Of a stretch of DNA of 64,000 nt, positions 22,054 through 33,400 are shown piece after piece; position 1 is the stretch's first letter, and each line of letters opens with the position of its first letter. This stretch comes from Cladosporium halotolerans. Taxonomy: Eukaryota. Under the pieces are notes generated by a model. The model was given only the letters and a program-made list of their open reading frames with translations. It was not told the origin of the DNA and ran no database searches. The position numbers and the translations under genes were made by a program. The stretch spans positions 62,001-126,000 of the forward strand of contig NW_027191467.1 in assembly GCF_011745625.1 (NCBI RefSeq), in the 5' to 3' direction.

Positions 22054-23761
22054 GTTGGCGGTACTTTCAAGAGCGGGTCGGGGAGGATTGGCCGGTGTCG
22101 TCAGAGGAGACAGAGAGGATGTCGCGCGTCGAGGTGGTCAAGAGACGCTGGAGGGCGGGAGCGGGATGGAGGGGGGCGATGTGAGGGGGAGGTGGTGGAG
22201 GGCGAGGATGTTGTTGTTGATGGCACTGCGCGCAGGCGTGGGCGGAGACGAAAGGCAGTTGTTGGCGTTGCCGGGACCCAGCGCGGGCGGAGTATTACGT
22301 CTGCACTCAGACGCCGCTGCTGCCAGCAAGACAGCGACACGCACCAACTCCCTTCGGGCGCTGGAGCGCCGCGTGGCTGAACGACTGCGGAGCGCCCGCC
22401 CCGGGGAGCTCGACGCCGTCTAATAGTAAGACATGTGATACCGCGGCCGCTGCCACGGTGATGCCTACCACTCCGTCTTCACGGCCTGCACCTGGTCGCC
22501 CGTCTGCACGCACTTCCGGTGAATTTTCAGGGCCTCGTTTCGCTTCGTCAAACCCTTCAAAGGCGCCATCCTCGTCCCATGGGAAATCCTCTGCCTTCCG
22601 CTGCCGCCGCCCGTTGCCCGCCGGGGAGATCAGCCACGCGCGGGTACTAACAATAGCGTCCCAGCGATCTCCTGCTTTGCGGAGATATAGCGCCGCCGCG
22701 GATATTGGGTATTGGGGCCGGTTGTACTGAATGCCGACGCTGACTTGCATGACACCGCGTGGCTTTGTGGGAGAGCAGCAAAACCTCTTTGAACAAAGAA
22801 GAACACGTGACACAATGCATAGCGATTAGCAGAGGTCTGAGCATGTCCGAGTACATTTTCGTGGCCGACTCGCACGCAAAGGTGCTGTCAAACACCGGCA
22901 TTGGCGCCCGATTCTGTTCGTGTGCTTGAACGGCCTGTTATGCGTCGAGGTCCTGCGCAACATTCGGCCTGATGTTTGACCAGCATCTGACAGGTATCCG
23001 TCAGGCAATAAGCGCGGCTGAGGGCGAGCTCCACGAGTATTGCCATTGGACTGGCTCTTCTGACCCGCAGGCCGTCTTGTTTAGCGCTTATGTAACCTCG
23101 CGTTTGGCAATGCTCAGGCCTGTCAAGTCTTCTGTCCGCACGCCAACATCACAGATATGCGATTGTTGGCTGCGAGAAGATACCAGTACGAATCTGGTAA
23201 TATTTGTGAGATTCGCACGGAGGCCGCGGACGCCGTCAGCCTGCTACAGACAGGTCTCTCACTGGTCGCTAGGACGGCTACAGTTGATGAATCTATCACA
23301 GGATCAGCTGATAAAGCAGGTCTGAGCATGCCCATTCTCCACGTGTGAAGGTTTGTCGCTTGGAGAGTTGGCCTATCGCTAAAGCTCGAAGACCATGTCC
23401 TCGATATCGCAAGCACCTGCCTCATTGGTAAAGTTCCCCTCACATCATGGCCAATTGAAGGCCAGCTTCACAGCTCCCAGCGGCTATGGAGACGGGTATG
23501 TACTTATCATGCCGGTTATCCTTCTTGCTATCTGCTGATGTTGTTACACCCTACTGCGTTCAAAAACTGTCCTTCGCTGGCTGTGTGTCAATGAACCATC
23601 TCTCTTTTCCACCAAACACCGGATCTATCACAAAAGTGTTGAACGAGACTTGATTGATTCACATAGACGATCTTGCAGCTGTCAGGATCGCACCTGAACT
23701 TGAACACATAGCAGAAGGTCCCATTAACAGCAACTTCTAATCTACCGTGGGGAATATCGAC

Positions 23762-26080
23762 ATGGCCACCGACGTCGTCTCGCCCTCCCTGCCCATTCGG
23801 GTAGCGAAACAGATGACCACACATCCTCTGGCACCCGTCAGCGCAGACGAAATCAAACAAGCCGTCTCGTTCATCCGAGCGCAATGGCCGGCAGACACAG
23901 ATCTTCACTTCAAATGCATCACTCTCCAGGAGCCAGCGAAGGCCGAAGTCGTCCCCTACATCGAGGCGGAAGCCAATGGCCAGTCACTCCCCGGGATCGA
24001 CAGACGGGCGATGGTGACATACTATATTAGGAAGACTGTAAGCTTCCTTGTGAGATTGGGGTTCCTTTCGCTTCCCTCTGACCGCAAGTCTAGAACAAAT
24101 TTCATGAAGCTGTTGTCAACCTGACCGCCGGCGCCGTCGAGTACAACGTCCGCTTGGGACCTAACCTCCACGCTCCAGGCGACGGGGAAGAGATTGTCGC
24201 CATCGAGCGTCTGGCTCTCGAGGATGAGGGCGTCAAGGCTGCGATTGCTAAGTTGCAGTTGCCGGAAGGATCGCAAATAGTCATCGATCCGTGGATCTAC
24301 GGTATTCTTCTCTACGATTGATGGAAGTTACAATTTGCCTGGTACTGACCTTTCTTACAGGCGCTGATGGTGTCGGCGACGACGAACGCCTCTGGCAGAC
24401 CTTCATGTACATGAGGGACCCGCAAAACGCGTCAGAGGCCGACTCCAACCACTACGCCCTTCCTCTTCCGATCTCGCCCGTGGTCGATCCAGTCACGATG
24501 AAAGTCATCCGCATCGATTACCTGCCAACTGGCAAAGACAACACCATCGCCGAGCCGGGGGCGTGGAAGCCGAAGCCTGCAAACGAATACATTGCCGAAC
24601 ATCAGGAACTGAGGAAAGACCTCAAGCCGTTGAATGTCGTCCAGCCTGAGGGTGTCAGCTTTTCGGTCACGCAGGAAGGCACTTCTCAGACCATCGAGTG
24701 GCAGAAGTGGTCGTTCCGCGTTGGATTCAACATGCGTGAGGGCATGGTGCTCTACAATGTGTGCTACGAGGGCCGTCCTTTGTTCTACCGCCTTTCGCTC
24801 TCTGACATGAACATCCCCTACGCCGATCCGCGACACCCGTTTCACAAGAAGTCTGCTTTCGACCTGGGTGACGCTGGCGCCGGTATCATGGCCAATGACT
24901 TGAAGCTTGGCTGTGACTGCCTTGGCACCATTCAGTATCTCAGCGCGGTCCTGAACGACGACAAGGGTGAGCCTCTGGACATGCCGAACGTCGTGTGCAT
25001 CCACGAACAGGATGGCGGTATCGGCTGGAAGCACACCAACTACCGCACCGGTCGTGCAGCAGTCGTCCGTCAACGTGAGCTCGTTCTGCAAAGCATGTAA
25101 GTCTCCGCATCCTCCCTGAAAGACCTCGCACCGACTAATCCCACCCAGTATCACCGTTTCCAACTACGAGTACATCCTGGCCTTCATGTTCAACCAAGCC
25201 GGCGAATGGACCTACGAAGTCCGCGCGACCGGCATCCTCAGCACGCAGCCCATCGACGACGGCCTCGACGTCCCCTGGGGCACCGTCGTGCACCCGGGCG
25301 TCCTCGCAACCCACCACCAGCACATCTTCTCCCTGCGCGTCGACCCCATGCTCGAGGGTCACCGCAACCGCCTCGTCTACGACGAAGCGCACCCCATGCC
25401 GCGCTCGGACTTCAACCCGCACGGCACGGGCTACTTCACGCGCGAGACGCTCGTCGAGACGTCCGGCGGCTACGACCTCGACCCGGACGCGAACCGCACG
25501 TTCAAGATCCAGAATGCGGACGTACGAAACCCCGTCAACGGCAAGCCCGTCGCGTACAAGATCCACGCGCCGCCGTTCCAGAAGATCCTGTCGGACAAGG
25601 ACAGCTTCAACTATAAGCGCGCCGAGTTCTCCGACAGGAACATCTACGCCGTCAAGTACCGCGAGGACGAGCTGTACGCTGGCGGCAAGTACACGAACCA
25701 GTCGCGCGGTGGCACCGGTGTGCGCAGCTGGGCGGAGCGCGGGGAGAGGATTGTCGACGATGATCTTGTTTTGTTCGTGCAGTTTGGTATCAACCATGTA
25801 AGTTTGAGCCCCGACTTCCTCCGACCATAGTCAGACCTCACTAACACCCCACCAGGTCCCGCGCATCGAAGACTTCCCCGTCATGCCCTGCGAAGTCTTG
25901 AAGGTCAGCTTCAAGCCGGTGAACTTCTTCACCCGCAACCCGGCCATCGACGTCCCGCCCAGCACGCAGGATTTCAACAAGAGCACGTTGCTGGCCGACG
26001 CGCACCACCAGAGCGCTGGCGCGGCGAAGGTGGATGGCGAGGGGTGTGTGGGTTGCGAAAAGGCGAGCAGTAAGCTGTGA
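23762..26080 (+). CDS. Copper-containing amine oxidase, probably peroxisomal (5 exons)
   Basis: HPLAP start, FDLGDAG, LGCDC, WKHTNYRTG, TPQ consensus NYEY, copper ligands HQH and NH(VPRIEDFPVMP), C-terminal SKL. Confidence 0.95.
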
Positions 26081-26710
26081 TGATGATGAGAAGTGAGGTT
26101 CTCAGTCCCGAATGGACTTACGAGATTGAGCAAATGCTATATAGCCTTCGAATGTTGACATTGGCACGATTCCTTCCAACAAATACTCCTCCGCAACCAC
26201 ATCTCCCATTCAATCCGATCCTTCTCGCACACGCTCGCGCGATGACCATCCAATCGCTGCCAATCGCATGGTTCCTTATCCTCATCCCCCTCTATATTTA
26301 TTAGCAGGGATACCCCCACCACAAAACCAGGGTTCCTCCCGTCCCGTTTCTACCAGCCGCAGCCTCAACACCCATGACGCAACGCGCAAGCAACCCGGGG
26401 ATCCCGCCGGCCGTCGCTTCAGCTCGCAAGCCTGCTGACGAGTGTGGAGGCGCAAGCCGCGCGGGCGAGCTGACGGGAAAGCGAGCTAGGTGAGGCAGGT
26501 ATAGATGGATAGATGACGAGAGGCTGGGCGAAGAGTATGTAGGCGATTTACCTCCCGCGGACATCCCACCTACCCACCTCTCTCCATCGCATCCAGCTCC
26601 CTCAACAATCGCACACCAGCGTCGCAACCCAACCGCTCCCCCAGCAGCCCACCACTCGCAAACCCCCCCTCCCACCCAGCAGTCTTCGACAACAAGAAAA
26701 AACAACAACA

Positions 26711-26968
26711 ATGTGCCTCATCACCACCCCCCGACGCTCCGACCGCACGACCGTCCGACGCGGCTACGACTACGACGCCCCGCGGCCGGTCTCCAACTAC
26801 CAAGGCGGGCCGCACTACGCGCACGTGCACCACCACCACCGGCCCTCGCGGCAGCCGGACTACAGCCGGCGCAGCGTGTCGCGCACGCGGATCGTCGAGA
26901 CGGAGCCGAGGCGGAGCGGGCGGAGCGTGGATTACGTGCGGACGACGAGGGGGAGTTATGTGAGGTAG
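26711..26968 (+). CDS. Small Arg/Ser-rich hypothetical protein (85 aa)
   Basis: Strong start context (aacaacaacaATG), high-GC3 codon usage, and a C-rich leader and G-rich trailer like neighbouring genes. Confidence 0.6.
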   Translation: MCLITTPRRSDRTTVRRGYDYDAPRPVSNYQGGPHYAHVHHHHRPSRQPDYSRRSVSRTRIVETEPRRSGRSVDYVRTTRGSYVR

Positions 26969-27418
26969 ATTCAGGGAGGGGTGGGGAAGGGTGATGGGGG
27001 GAGGGTAACAGGACTTGGGAAACGGCACGGGGCGGTAATGACGTTACGGCAGAAGAGTTGGAGTGCGAGGTGTGCGACGAGGTTGCAACGAAGTATGATT
27101 GACCATGTACACGAAGATATACAAGATTCACGTCGATTGCCTTGCACCCCTGTTCACCTTCCTCCTTGGTAGGACACTAAACACAAGACGATCTCTATAT
27201 GGTGGCCGACAAGCCGGTATACCAGTGCCTGAGCCATCCACGTATTTGAAAACAGAACCGACGGTGAGGAATAACAAAATTTCATGTGCAATAATTATAT
27301 ACCATCGTCTCGGGTATATGCAATCTAAACCCATAGCCAAAACCCCAATCCAAAACACCATCAACGCCACGCCATCAGTACCCAAAACAATCATCACCCT
27401 CCCTTTCCTTCAACCCCT

Positions 27419-30400
27419 CTAAAACTGCATACTCCCCGCCCCCGAAAGCAAACTCTGCCTACTCCTCCTGGGATCATCGATCTCCATCGCGCCGCTCATG
27501 ACCCTCACGACCTTCCTGTTCTTGCCATTATCATTATGCACCAGCACCTGCGCGGGGCAAACCACGATCTCCTCCTCGCCCTCGCCGAACTCGTCGCCCT
27601 TCTTGACGACGAGCGGGAACAGGACGATCTTGACGACGGCGCGCTCGGCCTCGAGCGCCTCGTTGGACGTGAAGAGGCCGCTGCGCTCGTTCATCAGCGA
27701 CGCGTTGAAGTGCACCTTGCGCACGAGGTCGCCGTTCGTGTCGTACTCGGGCTGCAGCGGCGGGAGCATGATGTACTCGGCGCGCTGGGTGCGCATCTCG
27801 ACGGAGAGGTTGACGGCGACGCCGATGACTTTGGTCAGGGAGGTGAGGAGCTGCTGCTCGGAGCCGGAGGGCGGGGTGAGGAGGGCGGAGAGGACGCCGA
27901 AGATCTCGTGCGCGACGGCCTCGGTGTCGAGCGCGCATTGCTTGGAGAATGCGGGTCGCTTGGAGAGGAGAGTCAGGGTGGTGGCGCGCCATTGGGCGAC
28001 TGCGCGTGGGGGGCCGACTTCGCCTAGGGTTTTCTCGAGAGCCTTGAGCTTCTGTCGCTGCTCGCGGTCCATGCCGAAGAGGTAGCGAGTGAAGACGTAC
28101 TCCCAGACCATGGTCATGACGACGGACATGAAGACGTCGCGGCGGCGAACACGATCGCCGAGTAGCTTGTCGACGTCCATGCCGTCCAGGAGAGCGTTGT
28201 CGAGGCGTGCTTCGATCTTCTCGTCTCTCAGGTCGCTAGACAGGCGACAGATGCGGTTGTCGGACATCTTGGAGAAGCGCAGCACCCACTGCTGGACGTG
28301 TTGGCAGAGCTTCTGACACGCACCGTCGAAGTAGTCCTCATCGCGGATGTTGAGGAAGTCGCTGGTCTTGGAAGACTGAATCTGAACCTGCAGGGCACGA
28401 ATACGCTCGGTGGCTTCTGTGAGCTCCTCCTTGAGCCTGCGGATCTCATGGTCCTTCTCCGCGAGAGCGGTGCTGAGTTGAGCGGCGACGGCATCACGCA
28501 TACCGTTGGACAGTTTGCCGTGCTCCTCGCGCATGCTCTCGAGTTCACGAGTCGTGTCCTGCCACTGCTGGGTGGCGTTGGCATGCTCGGTCTGGAGAGT
28601 AGCGTAGCGTCCATTCGTGTCGTCAACAAGGTTCCTGTTGGCCTCGGTAAGGCCGCTGTTGATTTCGACGAGCCTGTTGATCTCCTGCTGCATAGGCTCG
28701 AGCATAGCCTGGATCTGGTGGATTTCGTTGTCTTTCTCGCGCAGTTGCAGCTCGCGAGCCTCGAGGGCCTGTTGGAGGCCTTGGGCACCTCCATCGAACG
28801 AGCCGTCGTTCAGACCGCGGCTTTGCTGAGCTTCTTGCAGAGCTCGATTCTCCGAAGTCAGTTGCTCCAGCTTAGTCTCCAGGTCCATCACGTGCATGCT
28901 CTGTCGCTTGCGCATGCTTGGCGGTCGCGTAGGCGAGACCTGCGACGGCCCTTGCGCGTCGCCATAGCCCTGCTGCAGGTGGTGTTAGCATCAAATAGTA
29001 AAGTGCGTTCATCATAAACAAAACTCACGAATGTTTCGGCCATAGCGGCAGCGCGGGTTGCGCCGGCGGGAACGTCGTCCTCGTCGTTCAAGGGCGGAGT
29101 CGGTGGAGGCTCGAAGGGAATTGTTTTGGGTGAGCCCCGAGCTCCCGCGCCCACGGCAGAGCCCGAGCCCGCCTCACCCCGCCGGTTGCTAGCGCGGCTG
29201 GCGGCCCGAAGGTCACCTGACAGGTTGGTTCTCCGCAGCGTCGGCGTCGCGCTGCGGTTGCTGACGTTGCTGACGCGACTCAGCGGCCGTCGATCCTCCG
29301 GCGTCACGTGATGGCTGGCGCTGAAGTTGGAGCGGTTGCTCATCGCGCTCGGCGACCGGCCTTCAGAAACCACTCGCTTGCCTGAGCGGTCGTCGTCGAA
29401 CGGGCCGAGACCAAGTCCGCCCATTGGCGTGCTGACTGACCTCGCCGTCGCACTCTGTCCGTCCCGGCTGGCCGAAGGGGAGGATCCTTGCTCGCGCATC
29501 GACTTGGGCGTCTCGGTGCGCCTGAGCGTCTTGCCTGCCGGCTCCATCGGCGTGATGTTAGTTGCATCGCCGAGGCTTCTCTTGTGAGCGGCAGACTCCT
29601 CCGGTATTACACCCAGAGGTGCCCTTGGACTCAACGGGTCAGCGGAGGGTGCCACCGTATTGCCTACTTCAGGTTGGTCGCGAGCTGGGTCGATGCCGCG
29701 CGAGTGGAAATAGTCATTGGCGTCGCCTCGCTGCTCTGGCGTGCGGATGGCGCTTGTATTGGCCACGGCAGGCTCCACGTTCGGCGCCGGTGATTGGAAG
29801 AGGTAAGAAGCCCTGTTTCTCGAAGTAGGCTCCAGCGGAGTGTCGTTACTGGCGTTGCGACCATGACCACCAGCTAGAGCATCGTGCTGTGGGTCATTGT
29901 GAGCTTGCGACACGTTTGTATCCGGAGCTGGCGCACTCGCAGTGTCAACGTGCAGAGGTTCTTGAGATCTGCGACTGGTGAGGCTACCTCGGGACGCTGC
30001 GTGAGAAAGCCCACGACTACCTTCGATGGGGTCCTTTTTGTCATCCTTGAGCTGATCGAAGGACCACGTCGGCTCGGCATTGGCGAAAGGGCTCGGTTGT
30101 CTGGCAGGCTGAGCGTCTTGTGCAAGGTCCAGTCCGCGAGTATCGGAGGGTTGCTGCTCAACGCCCGCATGTTGCGTCTGGTCGTCGTTGGCCTCCTTGT
30201 CTCCAGATGCAGCGGCTTGCAGCTTCTTCTGCTTCCTCTTGTTCTTCTTGTACGCCTTGTACGCTTTGTCCATCTCGTCAACGTCCATCTCCTCGCCTCC
30301 CGTGAAAGCACTCCGTGAAGCAGTGTCGGCATCCTCCACTGCTGAAGCCTCGGCCGTGTCTGTTGTAGATGTAGGCGCGGGCGAGTCGTTCGGAACACTA

Positions 30401-33400
30401 ATGAAAGGATTCAGATCGGCGTTTGAAGCACCGCCCTTCTTGGACTTCTTTTTCTTCTTGATTGGCAAAGCCCATTCATCAGCCGCCGCAGGACTGGCTT
30501 CCGTAGGCATGGCTTCGGGCTCATGAGTACTGACAGGATGAGCTTCTGCCGCCATGTCCCTTGTACTCGACTCGGTCAGAGGGTCCACTGGGTCATTTAT
30601 CGTCAGTCCAGCGCCCTCTATCTTTTCCGCTGCCTGTGGTGTAGGCTCGGACGCGACGATAACGTCAAGCGAAGCGGGTGCCTCGGCCGCCTCATTTGTC
30701 GGCTCAGGAGGAGGCGTTTCGGTCTCGGCGTCCGCAAGGCCTTGCTTCTTCTTTTTCTTCTTATCCTTCTTCTTGCTTGGCAACGCCCATTCATCCGGTG
30801 TCGCCTCAGCAGCAGGCTCGGCGGGTTGTTCGACAGCCATGGCGGTTGACAGGTCATCGGCAGGGGCAGGAGCAATTTCGCGAGAAAGGGTTTCTGGCTC
30901 ATCCAGTTTTGCCAGACCCGCATTGTCTGCGTCAGTGGGAGCTGGCGTTGCAGTCTCACTATCAGCTGGAGGATTCTCAGGTTCAGCCCACAAGTCCTGG
31001 GTCTTCTTGCTCTTCTTTCCCTTTTTCTTCTTCGAAGGTGCTGCCCACTCGTCCTCGGCAGGCTCTGTAGCTTCCACTGGCGCGGGTGTAGCCTCTGCCT
31101 GAACGGGTGGCTGAGGGTCGTCAAGAACTGGGGCATCGAGAGACTTTGCCTGCGCATCAGCCTCATTCGGCAAGTCGGCAGAAGCGAGGGCTCCATCCTC
31201 TGCGACGGTAGGAGTCTCAGCTTCCGGCTCGGTCCAATCCGCAGCTTGCTTTTTCTTTTTCTTCTTGTCTTTCTTCTTCGACGCAGGAGCGGCCCACTCG
31301 TCTTCGGCAGCCTCAACGGGCTCGGCCGGCTGCTCTGGCAGGGGCTCTGGTACATCTTGTTGAGCGGGCTGAGCTGCCTCGGGCTGGTCTGTGGTGACGT
31401 CGCGGGTACTATCGCTGTTGTCGGGGGCGACCTCGGGTGCAGGTGTAGCCTCCTCTGGCCAGTCGTCTGCGGCTTGTGACTTCTTATTCTTCTTGCCCTT
31501 CTTCTTCTTCGATGGTGCTGCCCACTCCTCCTCTCCGGCTTCTGGGAGAGGTTGATTGTCATCTTGAGGGGCGTCCCCAGACGGCACGAGATTAGTATCC
31601 TCGACAGGGGCACTAAGCAACGCCTCGTCGCGTGACGTCTCTTGAGGATTCTCAGCTGCAGTATCTTTGGGTTTGTCGTTTTCGAGCGATGATGCAGCAG
31701 CGGTGGTCTCTGCCGTGACATCAGGAAGCAGTTCGCGTGAGCCTTCGGCCTCGGGCTGCGGCAGCTCGTCTTCAGCCTGCTGATTCTTCTTCCCCTTCTT
31801 TTTCTTCTTTGACTTGGAGAAGGAGAAGACATCTTCGTTGTCATTGATGTCGTTGGCAGCCGTTGGATTGTCGGACATAGCAGTACCAGCCAACAATGCA
31901 GGATCAAAACCGCTGTCCTGCAGACCCTTCGAAAGCGTAGCGTCGAAATCATCAGCAGGCTGCTCTATCGGAGCCGGTTGTTCGGCTTCCAAAGGCGCAT
32001 CGGCAAAAGGATCCTGGGCCTTCTTGCCCTTGCCCTTCTTTTTCTTGCTGCTGGTCGTGAAGACTTCTTCGGGGTCCGCCTCAGCCTGGCCACCAGGAGG
32101 TAAAGCTCGACGGTGGAACACAGGGTCGTCAACAACGAGGTTTGGGTCGAAGCCGGAATCTGCGAGGCCGGCTGCAAGAGTAGCGGCAAAGTCGATGTCT
32201 TGCCCAGATGAGGCAGGCGCCGTCGGATCGCGCTTCTCGTCTACAGTTGTCGATTCACCAGCTGGTTTTACTTCAGGTAGCTCGGTGGAGATCTCGGGAG
32301 CAACAGTGTCTTGGTCTCCAGCAGGCGTCTGTTCGACTTGCATTGCGTTCTCGTCAAGAGAACGCTCAGTTGATTCGGGCTCAAGCGGAGGGGCCTGCTG
32401 GGAGGGCTCTTCGCTGCCTGTCAGATCGTCTTTCTTGGACTTGCGCTTCTCCTTCTTCGACTTCTTCGTCGGCAACTCAGCCCAAACATCCTCGGTGTCT
32501 TCTTGAGCAACGCCGACTGGCTCCTCACCGAGAGCCGCTTGCTCAGCAGGGGCACCGAGGATATCATCTTTTGGGGTATCGGGCGCTTGGTCAACATTAA
32601 CGGGTTCCTCGTCGCCAGCCTTAGCTTTCTTCGCCTTCTTCTTGTCCTTTTTGCTCTTCTTGGTCGAAAGAGCACCCCATGGATCATCCTCCGCTGGCGG
32701 CGGCTCGCTGGTGGCGGCAGCCGGCTCGCCCTCCGCTACGATGTTGGTTTCCTTTTCGGCATTGTCTAGGGCGGGTCCGGATGAGTCAACCGACTTCTCC
32801 ATCGTCTCTTCGGGCGCAGGGTCCGCCAGAACATCATTCTCCGCTGAGACCAGAGGCGTAGGGTCTTCTTGCGCAGGCTCATCGAGCTGAGACTTCTTCG
32901 CCTTTTTCTTGTCTTTCTTGCTCTTCTTGGAAGAGAAGCCCCATAGATCCTCGGCCTCGGCTTCTTGTGGCTTTTCGCTACCCTCCGGAGCGGCGAGTTC
33001 GGTGGGCTCAACAAGGTCTCTGGGCGCGTCTGTAGTATCAGGTACTTGAATGTCCGCCGCTTGGGCATCTTGAGAAGCTGCAGGATCTTCCGGCGTTGGC
33101 TCGTTCTCAGCAGGGTTCTCCTCGGTCGGCGTGTCGAGGAGGGTCTTCTTGGCTTTCTTCTTGTCTTTTTTGCTTTTCTTTGAAGAGAAGCCCCACAAGT
33201 CCTCGGATTCAGCCTCCTGTGGCTTTTCGGTTGCCTCTGCGGTGGCTTCAGGAGTCGCAGTAGCAGCAATGCCAGCACCCTCAAGACTTCGTGGAGCATC
33301 GGAAACGCCAAGTGCTTGGTCATCCGCGGCGAGGGGCTCTTGGGAAGTAGTTGCCTCAGGTGTTCGGTCTTGCAAGGTCGAATCGTCACCGGCAGGAGTA

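Noticed and set aside
23390..23760. Possible TPP riboswitch or upstream exon before the amine oxidase (GTATGT donor near 23496)
   Set aside because: TPP aptamer consensus elements were not found, and a spliced coding connection could not be established.
28888..29028. C-terminus of the 5692-aa ORF (VSFVYDERTLL...RACT) and a separate 498-aa gene
   Set aside because: This is intron read-through; a canonical 56-nt intron joins both ORFs in frame.
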